From: Lepidodermella squamata | Lineage: Eukaryota > Animalia > Gastrotricha | Reading direction: 5' to 3' | DNA length: 64,000 nucleotides | NCBI GenBank assembly: GCA_047495785.1 | Contig: JBLDXI010000023.1 | Coordinates: forward strand, 186,001-250,000 | Part shown: positions 12,478 to 23,500 of the stretch, piece after piece | Layout: every line of letters starts with the position of its first letter | Numbering within the stretch: position 1 is the first letter of the stretch | Translations under genes and position numbers: made by a program | Notes under the pieces: generated by a model | Database searches by the model: none | Told to the model about the DNA's origin: nothing | The model's input: the letters and a program-made list of their open reading frames with translations, nothing else

Positions 12478-15035
12478 TTAGCGTCGGAATCGCGAGACTG
12501 AGGAAACGGTACTTGCAGATTCTAGCGCATCGTTGTACACATACATATCAGCCTCGTCTCCCCAAGTTATCCAAAATGAATCCCGTAAATCGTCCTCAAT
12601 AGCTGGACTAACATCGAACTGCAGAAATAGCAGGATTAATCGTGATGAAACAAAGATTTAACGTACAAAGTTTTCAGTATTGAGGCTGCCACGGAGGGTA
12701 AAGTCCAACTCGCCAGTCCGGTCGAACAGTCGTCGGTGAATAGTGCAGGAGGCTAAGATGTTCATTGCTTCAAAAACAACAGGAACCATTTTTATCATAA
12801 AAAACATGTCGGTTCATATCTTACGTAAGCTATTCGAATGGATGATAGCCGCGGTTTGGAGAATATCTCCCGAAATAACCATTCTAGGCACTTGTAGGAA
12901 GCAGAGCTTAGCATGGCAAGGTGACGCGTGAATTCCTATGCGCACAGCAATGTACGGCTTGAAATCTTCAACTGCCTCCTTTGAAGTTGTCTTTTCCAGG
13001 AAGGTTTCTTTCCTGCTTTCAGTGATTAGATTTTCAGCAATGTCACGAAGTTCAAGGGCGACTACGACCATTTCATAGACATGGTCAACGCCATGGTATT
13101 CGCCGAAGCCTGTCGCTATCGTGAAACCGTCGCCAGTAACATCGATTTTGAAGCAGTTGTGCTTTGCCAAGCAGTCTTCAACAGACTGGTAGAAGCCTTC
13201 GAGAAGATCCGTCACCCCAGAGACTGTTAATACGTTTGAAATTTCAATGACATTTTCACTGGGCAGGGGGGAATATTACTTTCGAGGTTTTTCATAAGAT
13301 ACTCCATGTTGACAATATCCATAACCAGGACACAAACGTCGTCAAATTCTTCGACTGACGTAACGGAGCCCAATTTAGCTTGCCCCACAAAGTTTGACGG
13401 CAAATAGTCGTAGAGTAAGGAGAGACACTTCTCGAGGCTCTCCAACTTTTTCTGGTATACAACTATCTGCTTTTGAAGGATCAATACTGAGAAAACATGT
13501 AGAACTGCAGCGAGAACTGCCACGGCCCCAGCAACTCCGATCAAGCAAGCGGCTATATATCGTCAAAATAGTAGTAAAAATATTCAAATTACTGCTCTAC
13601 TGGTAAACTCACATATTAAGTCTATTTCAGGAAGAACATCGACTTTCTCGAGCAGCGCCTTGTTGACCCGTTCTCGGAGAGTATTCAGCACCCAATGCAT
13701 GTTAGCGTCGTGTTTCTTCACGACATCCGAAAAATCAGCAGGGTCGATTTGGTTGAATTCGCGAGAAGTCGCCTGAATCGTGAACTGGTCGAATTCTTTC
13801 CCGATATCTTGTTGAGTCATGTTAACAATCTGCTCGCGCATAAATTGTGAAGAAAGTCCGGCATTCGTTTGGTAGTTCTGATAACGCGAGATGCTATCAA
13901 TCAAAATTTGGAAAATTTCGTCTGGAAAAAACGAGTAAATTCTTTCTCATTCTGTTTTTTTTAGCGGCTTACCGGTTATCGAAACCATTCGCTCTGAGGA
14001 AAATGATTAGTTCGGTATTTGAGCTATAAGAAAAAAACTTACTTTCCTTCGCCAATTTACCAGTTATCATCGCGAATTTCCGGAAATTGGTCCACTAAGT
14101 TAATATGATGCTATTGTTTTGTTTTCAATGGTTCGAGATGTCTTACAACAGAGAAAGTTGGTGTTATGGCAAGGAAATCGCCCGCTCCTTTGAACGCCGG
14201 CGTGTTGACTGCAACACTTCGAGCCAAATCAGCGAGAGCCGTGATAAATCTCTCGTAAAATCGAACGATCTCAGCTTCTGAAGACTGATTGTGGTTTCGA
14301 CGCTGGTCGCGGTAGGTTCTAAGGGTGTTTCTCAGGGCAGCGGGTGTTTCAAGTTGCTCTCGCAAGTCTGGGCTCAACGTTTGCATATAAACTGTTGGCC
14401 AATATTCATTGTATAGCAGTTCCTGAGTATTGCAACAATGAGAAAAAGCCTGAGAAATCAACTGAATCGCTTACGGTGTCGACTTTTTTGTTGGCAACTT
14501 GGCTTTTATCGATGTACTCGTCGTAAGGGCTGTTACTGAACTCGAAGGCTACATCACGCTCGTCGACCAACAAGAGGACCAAGTCGTATAATTCTTTGAT
14601 GACCCGATCAGAAAACTATTGGAAAAATGTCAGCATTATTTTGATCGCAGTGAAACTTTTACGTAAATCTCGTTGGCTGTTGATGATCGCTTGTTAGCTT
14701 GGTTCACATCCGTCATCACTTGTACCCCGATTCCAGCTACCAATATCATAGAAGCGAGTGTTACCTTGCAAAGGCAGGCGAAGGTCTTCGAAAATCCCGG
14801 AAATTCGAGAAAAATTTACCCAAATTATTTGGACGACGCGGCCACTCGTGCTTCTAGCCTGAGGGTTGAAAATCGTGGTTATGATTTTCCATAAAAGTTC
14901 CGCGATATTTTCCGTCCGACATGACAGCAAAGCATCGAAGGTGCTTCGAAGGCTGACTACAGAGCGAACAACGGAACGGCTGTGGTGAATTGTGCTGCTT
15001 TTGTCATCGTCGACAAATCCCCGAGTTCCAGGCAT
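12478..15035 (-). CDS. Membrane guanylyl-cyclase-like protein with TM-NIT-like-TM-cyclase layout (NIT-GC-like); catalytic site degenerate; about 11 exons
   Basis: The spliced product has TM1 (IIWVTLASMILVAGIGV), NIT-like motifs (LYDLVLLLVDERD, EYWP, EIVRFYERFI), TM2 (LIGVAGAVAVLAAVLHVFSVLIL) and class III cyclase motifs FDDVCVLVMDIV, FKIDVTGDG, VRIGIH, PRMVISGD and SFWI. Stop at 12478-12480. Confidence 0.75.
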
Positions 15036-16369
15036 AGCGCCTGATTTTCGCAACAAATTATGGACAAGCTATATGGCAGTTTGATGAAAGCAAGGTACAC
15101 AAGCAAAGAGTAAACAAGACAATAAAGTTAAGCAAATCTTCGAGATGATTAAATATTAAAGTCTTTCAGCGGATTTTCGTTTTCGATAATTCTCAGATTA
15201 TCTCATTGCAAATTGTAAACATTGGATCGATTAGGTATTTTTGCAAAATTTCGATCAATTGTGTACTTCTGCAATAAACAAGTTGCTGCAGCAGCATGAA
15301 ATGAGGTTGTGATCGAAGGAGAAGCGTAAATTTGCAAATAGTGCTACGCAGCAATGAACGAAACGCTAAATTTTAGATGGCGTTGGCCGTACCTAAGTTG
15401 GCCCGCCAGGATCATCCATTTCATTATTTTTAAGACTCAAAGCTTGCACTTTTCTTTCAGTCACAGCCCTGCTCGGTGAAAATAAATCATCCTCTAGTCA
15501 ACCATAAGTACGACCTGGATTGATTCAATTGAGAAATGTGACAGGAAGATTTTTAACTCTTCTGGGATTGCAGCAATAATATATATCTCGCAAAAATGAT
15601 CCTTCTGAAATCATTCAAAACCATCCAGGTGAGAGCCATTCATGTAATTCCTCATTAAAATATCACTAATCCAGACATTAATTGAATCTTAATAGCTAAT
15701 TTCGAACGGATTTTTCTCCGTGTGCGAACAGCGCCTTGTTTTTACCATGCGATTTTCTATCCTTGTGCAAGTTTATAGCATTTCTATGCATGTAAATATA
15801 GCAGGGAACTCCGCGAGGAAGGAGAAACTTCTGATGATTACAGAGGGAAACAAAAATATGGAATTGACATGCGTAAAGCGTAAACTGAAACCAAGTCATT
15901 CGCGGGAATGCGCAGCAATTGAACGCCGGAAGAACTTATGCAGCTGAATTTTTCGCATCAATGATCATTTCAAAGTGTGATGCAGCGAGCAATTGTGATT
16001 CATTCTTTCTGGTTATACGTTAAGTTTTGTGAATGGTCACGCAAAAAAATTCACCAGTCAAGTTATTTGTTTTATTGCTCTTTTATCACTGTAAACAATA
16101 CAATTTGTTAGTGTGTGTTGTGTAAAATGGGGCCCTCTTCAGATAACATTGTGGCTAATTGTATTTTATTCAAGCAAAAAGTCGCAATGGCCATGTTTGG
16201 TTTTATTTATCTCACTTGTTCCTTACCTGGATTCTCGCTTTTCACGCTTTTCGCTCCGAGTGGATTCCAGCGCCAATTTCATTAATACTTAGGTAGCAGT
16301 TTTGCAACCCCCTGAAAATAAATTGTGGCTCGGCAGTCTGATATTCATTTTAGGCTTTTTGAACAACTT

Positions 16370-17112
16370 ATGCCTCTCGCTGTCTGTAACCGCGATGAAG
16401 CTCTGCATCGCCAAAAGAGCCTCTTCAAGGACGTTGGCCGCAGTCCGTTTAACAAAACTCGCATTATTCAGCAGCCTGAAACGGAAGCTTCCCTCTTGCC
16501 CGTAATCGAAATCAGCCGCGAGAATCTCGTTTCTTTAAGCGATGTCGCAAAATTGCAGGAGACTGTCGTAAAGGAGACGGTGCAACTAGGCCAGTCTTTC
16601 ATTTTGAAGAACAAATTCCTGCTATGCCGGTCGATCGCTCCGATGGGTAGAACGCCGGTGGGGGTCGGAAGTATTGCCATAGACGACCCTGAAGGCAAAC
16701 TCGGCACGCAGATCCGTCTGCAAAATTTCGGCGTGACATTGCCGGCTGGTTCGAATTTTCCGATTTCCTCAAGTCTCGACACAGTGCCTATTGGATCTGT
16801 TTCAGCCCTGATGCATCCAACTTTACGCTGCATGAGTGTCGAAATCGGAGTTTCGTCACTTCACTGCCAGAATCCAGCCCATTTCGTCATCTTGGGCCCG
16901 GAACATGCCTTGGTGAAGGAGACGAAATTCAAAGCTGATCTTCCTTATCCAAGCGAAGTTCCTGATTATTCGCACCTTGATTTGAACAAAGCCGGAGTTC
17001 AATATCATCTGAACAAGAATTTCACAATGGCAGGTGAATGTTTCAGTCAAGCCATTGAAAAGCAACTGGGAGATACTAGGATAGCACTCGAAAATTGATC
17101 GGCTGCTTATTT
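16370..17112 (+). pseudogene. 5' partial duplicate of the TPR-SET gene at 29225-31237, with a nonsense codon and truncation
   Basis: Near-identical to 29225-29967. CGA>TGA stop at 17096-17098, and homology ends at 17112. The upstream flank 16025-16369 is also homologous to 28891-29224. Confidence 0.9.
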
Positions 17113-18190
17113 CGTAAGACGTAGCTAGGACCCCGCAGCTGGGTTGTTTACGAGAAAAAAAGTGTTGGCAAAAATCATTTGGGTCAAAAATCACTTTTTG
17201 AAAATAATGAATCACCTCATTGAATTTTCGCGCTCTTTTTATCGTAGTTTCTGTTGTTAAAATGAGGTTAAAGTTGCCTTGATTCGGGCGCGAGCATAGC
17301 ATATCATTATCTTTATTTCATCTTTTCCTTCGCATATTATTATTCAACAATATTCAACAACTATTAACAAAGGTTATTGTACAAAGGAAAATGAGAAGGA
17401 AAAATGATAAAATAAAAATCACTCCGGTGTACCCAGTTCGCCGGGCGTGATGGTAATTAAATTCACGCCAAGCGTACCGAGTGTCGGAGGAGGACCGGTA
17501 GCAAGCTACCTATCCTGATCACCCACCTCAAAAAACGTGTTCTAATGATTAGAATCTCATCCAATATTTCAATTTCCCCAAAATAACTATGAATTTTTTG
17601 TCGCCAAGTAGTTCTATCCTGGGCCAGGGCGTCGGCCTCCTCAAAATTTGTAATCCCTATTTTGTTCAGATGTTTTTTTAATACAATCGACCCACCTTAA
17701 TTTCGGTCGCCCATGAGGTCTACTCCAAGTATCATCCGGCGGCTGCCAGTACCGCATCTGGCTCGCCAGCCTTACGGGGTCCATGCGAGCGACGTGCCCG
17801 TACCAGCGAAGTTGCCGCCTAGCAATTTTGAATGTAAATTAGTCCGTGCCACACATATTTCTAACAGCCTCATTACGAATCCTGTCCCTAAGTGTTACGC
17901 CGCATATTTTCCGCAAATAACGCATATAACCTACGTAGAGTCGCCTTGCATCCTCAGAAGTTACAGTCCAACTTTCGCTGCCATGCATGATAGTCGCATC
18001 CACAACGCCCTTCAAACATTCGTCTAATTACTCTTGCAGCAGGAATAATCGTATGCGATACGCGTAACGAGCTTTGGAATTTATCTTCCAAAGCGGATTT
18101 ACTGAGGTAAAAAAGTTGCTTCAACCTGAGAGCGAAGTAGGACAGCAGCTGGCTAAGATGTTGAAAATCATTGGTCTTCGACTTTGCGAT

Positions 18191-18245
18191 CCGATTGAAC
18201 TGGCAGGGATCACTCCTACCATCCCTGGTGGTACTTCGCTCTCTG
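18191..18245. repeat. About 55-bp dispersed repeat; inverted copy at 21232-21286
   Basis: CCGATTGAACTGGCAGGGATCACTCCTACCATCCCTGGTGGTACTTCGCTCTCTG versus the reverse complement CCGATGGAACTGGTAGGGATGATCCCTACCATTCCTAGCGGAACTTCGCTTTCTG. Confidence 0.75.
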
Positions 18246-19249
18246 CTGAAACTGCTGGAGTCCTATTTCCGCCCTATTTCTATTCCCCACGGGTCACAAC
18301 TTGGATTCACGTTTTTCTTCTTATTTTCTCATTAGCCAATAATTAGAAAAAATTGCTCAAGCATTTCACATTAGACTCCAGCTAAATTCATAGCGTGAGT
18401 TCAACTACATCAGTGAGCGAAGCGAGCTTTGGCTAACGGTATTTTACCGTAATTTTGGCTGAAAATATCCTAAAATATGCTGATTCTCGCGCCATGACCC
18501 TGAATCCCTCCCCGCGGGGCAGACTTTGAGTACTACTGCCTTAGCAGGTACGACTCGACTATCCAGCACCCAACCTGCCGGAGATGCGTCCTAACTCTCA
18601 CTGTCCTTGCGTCCTTAACATTGATACTTTTAGCGCTAGAGATCAAACTGGTTAGGGAGTCAGAGCAAGCGAATAGGAAGCGATCCACGAACGACAGCAG
18701 AAGCCTACTTTATTTATCCTTTATGTGACCGCAATCCTTATTTGTCCACGATTGTGGTCCAACAAAGACTGACCGGAACAGTCAAGCCTGGAAGCTCTAG
18801 AAGCTACCTCTCTGTCATCTTTTATAGACAAGAAGAAAATCGCGGCAATGAGTTTTTGATAAAAGTATATGGTCGTTCCTTGAGGATAATTCATATATTT
18901 TTTTCTCGCTTGCGCACTATGATTACATACGCTTAGAAATTCTTATGCGCGCATCTTTCATTCATATGGAATGGTGAGAGTATAATCTTCAGTATTGAAG
19001 AAAACGCAAGAAAAAACGTCTTTTTGGTCCCTTCATTTTTTGCTTCTCTTGTATTCAGAGCAGTACGTTCCTCTCTGACAGTGGATTCTTTGAGCGGCCT
19101 TGCAGTGCTCAGTTTGCCTGCCTCTGTCTTTCTCACAGTCATATTATTATTATATCACGATCAATGAATAAAGCAAGATTATTGATTTTTCCCTTGCTAT
19201 GTAATGTACTATGCTATATATTTATATTGCCTTGACTTTACGGACTCCC

Positions 19250-19562
19250 TGTCTTCCCGGTCTCCCGGTCTTCGAGCGCTTTCCACACTTGCTCGCGGTC
19301 GACAAAATCGTAAGCCTTTTCCAGGTCCATAAAAGTTATAAAAATGCTCCTGTTAAATTCAATAATTTTCTCCATGATTTGCCTTGATATGAAAGTGCAG
19401 TCACCCGTGCCTTTGTTTTGCATAAAACCATGTTGAAATTCTTCCAGTTTTATATTTATTTCATCCCGAAGCCGCTTTTCAAGAATTCGCGCGTAGCATT
19501 TTGCAACGATACTAATTAGACTTATGCCGCGGTAATTATTGCACTTATTCGAATCTCCCTTT
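19250..19562 (-). mobile_element. Non-LTR retrotransposon (RTE-like) reverse transcriptase fragment
   Basis: Translates as KGDSNKCNNYRGISLISIVAKCYARIL..QHGF..RQIMEK..FMDLEKAYDFVDR..WKAL, matching the LINE RT motifs NYRGISL, QxGF and FxDxxKAYD. Confidence 0.9.
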
Positions 19563-20085
19563 GATTACCAGGCCATTTCCAGTAATAAATGATCATTGTA
19601 AGGCAAATTTGACGTGGACATACGACAATTCGTGAACGAACTTTTTACGTAACTGGTATTTAGACGAGAACAGAAGGCTGACGCGGGTTGTAGCGATCTT
19701 TTCGAGTTATTTCAAAGAGAAACACAATTATAAAATACCAAGATTTCACCGTAGAAATTCTGCTTTTTTGCCGGTTTTTCTTCCTGCGGCATAGCAAAAA
19801 TAGCATGGAGAATACAAAATCGACAACGGCAGTACTTTTCTTTAATTATCTCTGCATGCTAATATAATGCACATCTCGTACGGATTTCATGAAACACCCT
19901 GTAGTCTATATTCAGCGGATATATCAGCTGCTACATTAAAAACTGTCTACATATTCGGCGACAGTTAATTACGTTGGCTGCTGCACAATCGTTTCATTGT
20001 AAACACATACGGCGGTATGTTTATTTCCTGTGAGAAATTGTCTAGGATGCTGTTGACAAGTCACGGCGATACAGTGGTACAATAT

Positions 20086-20111
20086 CACACACACATACAC
20101 ACACACAACAC
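20086..20111. repeat. Imperfect (CA)n microsatellite
   Basis: cacacacacatacacacacacaacac. Confidence 0.8.
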
Positions 20112-20569
20112 ATTCTAATAACCAGTAACTTCAGGATTCAGGCTACAGGTAAAGAATAGTTAACAGAATTGACAGAAAATAAAAGCTGCATCTGGCATCT
20201 GAACACTTGCCGAGTTTTTTAGACATGTTTCGCAGTCAAGAAAGTGATCAATCTTTCACTTGGATAATAGTAACATGAATAATAATAATCCCAATATTTT
20301 TTATGTGTTATCGTCCAAGCTCGTTGTATATCGTTTGAGCTCAAAGCCCGGCGTAGCAGGTGTTCGGTGCATCGTATGGTTTGGAGGAGGGTAGGACAGC
20401 CTGCAAGGCAGAAGCAAAAGCAACTGATCGTCAAATGTCAAACTACAGGGACAGAATGTACTTGATCTACAGACTACAGATGATATTCCCTATTCCTATC
20501 ATCCTATCATAATTGTTGTCACCGACTTATCTTATGAAAACTGATCATATTCTTGAGCACATTTATTTT

Positions 20570-23500
20570 CATACCGGAGTTTCGCAGTTTTCGGAGGTTG
20601 ATAGGTTCGTGCTACTTTCTAGACCACTGCGGGTCGTATGACTACCAATGATGACAACAAAAATGATGAAAATTGCTTCTGTAGAAAAGTTTCTGCCTGG
20701 CCTTGTATGTTTATGAACCCACCTCTCCAGCTCGACAGCCATAGCCTGGAGCATTGCGACGACAATCGACGAATTGACCGCCTCGAGTGCACCTGACGTA
20801 GGTCTAGGATAATGAAAACATTCTTCAGGATATAAACATCTAAACATTTATAGGAAAGCTCACGTAGCCCGGCTTGTGTTGGCAAAAGAGCCAGTTTCTG
20901 TTGAAGTACTTGTAACCATTGAACGTTTCAACCTGCCGAACAATATTTGTGGAAATTTCAGAGAATAGGCTAAGAATCACTGCTATACTCTGCGTCGTAG
21001 GTCATTGAAAATGACTGTGAAATAACGTCGAAATTTTGGATTAGAGCCAAAAATCAGACCCAAGAATTGGATCTAATTATTAGACCCAGATTATGGCGCA
21101 ACAATCGAAATTTCTCTATTATTGCAAGTTGATTTCTGTGCGTTCCTTGAAGTCTTTGGCCCCAAATTTGGTGTCAAAAGAACCGCCGGGTCATGGCCTA
21201 CACTTTGCCGTCAGGCATTTTGCCCTACGACCAGAAAGCGAAGTTCCGCTAGGAATGGTAGGGATCATCCCTACCAGTTCCATCGGTCCGTCCGGTGAGC
21301 TCATCCATAGACCAAAGGGGGAACCAACCTCATGCCGATTTTTGTGATCCCAACCAGTTCCACGGTCCTACTTCACTCTATGCCTACGACGCATCATTGA
21401 TCCGAAAAAAGGACTTTCGACAGACTCAGGATTTAGATCCAAATATCGATCTCGCAGTGTAATTTTGGCAGTTAAAGTGTTAACTAGATGATATTTTGGT
21501 GCAGGAACCTTAAGTATCTAACTATCGATAAAAAAAATTCTGAGAAATCATTGCAACGGATTTGAGCAATCATAGCTTGGGGTCTGCTTTTAAAAAATTG
21601 GGCAGAAGGCAGAAATTGAGCTCGCCCTGATGACTTACGACTTCTTCGCCGCCAGTGCACTGGTTCTTCATATCGCCAGCAATGCATCGAAAGACATTTG
21701 GGTTAGCCTTGAGTGCACACTTGAGTACATTCTAGAGAAAGCATACGTTGGGAAAATGAATTGAAATGTGGCGATCGTATTGTTTATTGCTCTACCGAAT
21801 CGAATCGAAACTCACCCCACGGTTGCACATTGTTCTGTCAAGGTTGTTAGAACCAACAAGACCGAATTCGCCAGCCAGACAATTCATGCGACAGTCCATA
21901 AATTCCTTGCTAGAATTAGAAATGCACCGATAGAAGCGATCTACTTTGGGTGGGCATGGAACTGAAATGTATCACTTTCATATCAAATGAATAACGATAC
22001 AAGTATTCCTAACCGTTAACGCATTTAGGCGGGCTAGGGCATGCCACCAGAGTGTTGAAATTTCCATTCGTGTAACAGCTGAGACCAGCGCCCGAGTTCA
22101 GATTGCGGCAGGCGTTCTTCGACAGGTTGGTGCGCCCATACGGGAAGCTGAAGCCCGTGTACGTCTGCTGGTCGGTCCAAGCAGCACACGTCGCGTTATC
22201 TGCTGCGCTTGTCGCAATCGCCGTGCCTTCGTAGTCGTAGTGAGTCGGCGTGAATGTGCATTCTTTGTCGAAGGTGCTTGCTTTTATTCCTGGGCAAGTT
22301 GCGAAGACAGTTAACTTGAATCCATCGCCAGCGACGTTTTTCAATGATTCAAAGTGCACAAGGGCTTGGTTTTTGTCTGTTACAAACACACGACCACTAC
22401 TGACACCGCAAGAACAAAACCTTGAGATTGAACACTACAACATTAGACTTTCATCTTGATATGGATGACTCACTTGAAACCCGGGTATCCTTCTGGGCCA
22501 AGGTCTCGGATCCAGACGCCATCTCCGCAGATCAGGTTACCAGGCGCGAATGGGCTGCTGTCTTCACATTGCATGCCAGGTTTTGCTTCGAAACTAAATA
22601 TTAAGCTGCTCGTATTAGCCTGGAATAAAATTGATTTTACACTTTAATTATAAAGGATCAGAAGCAGCATACTGTTGAAACAAGCCACGAACAAGTATCA
22701 CCGGCCGCGTACTGGCCCGGAAATCCGGGGGATGTGATCGTAGCCGTTTGTTGAGGTGCTACATAGATAGAGCCTCCGCACCGATTCGGTGTAGGCTTTG
22801 CTGGCGCGAACGTTTCGCAGGCTGGACCACCGAAGCCGCGAGGACAACGGCATTCCGTGCACTGTTTGGTTGGATCGGGAAATCCGCCGTTATTACACAC
22901 GGTTTGATTGCAAGCCGTATATTGCTCTACATGGGTGCAACAAAATAACATTGTAAACGAAAATAATAAAATTGAATAGGGCTGTCACCGAAACAATCGT
23001 AGAACTGGTTCAACTTGAAAATGTCCAAGTGTGACCAGTACATCTGCTGACCGAGCGACATTGCGTATCGCCAGTCGAGTGGCTCGTAGAGTCGCTGACC
23101 AGTTGGACTGAACGGAGCCATGGACGTAAGTGCGTCGTAATCGTATGGGCCTGTGTTGTAAATCATAGGAGGGACTCTGAGCGATTCCTGACTGAATTTG
23201 GATATAGAGATCTAATTAGCAATAGTTAATAGCAGAACATTAGGCAACGTACTACATTGCGTAGCTCGTATCAAGCATTTTAACGAACAGATCCCGATCT
23301 GGCCGAACTATTTCGTATCTTAAACCAACCGCATAAAGCATGAATTCCAGGAATTTCCATTTCTGAAAATGATAGCAAAGAAGAGGTTAAAATCACACAG
23401 ATTCCATCTTCGTTATGACGCAACTGATGACATAATTGGTGGCGTCAAAAGAATCCCCAAGAAAAGGCATTCAAGTAGATTTTCCTGCGCGCTTCATACC

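Noticed and set aside
16220-16230. CTTACCTG retained in both TPR-SET upstream flanks (also near 29090), considered as U1 snRNA or a divergent-transcript donor
   Set aside because: No U1 body follows, and an 8-mer inside a duplicated block is not independent evidence.
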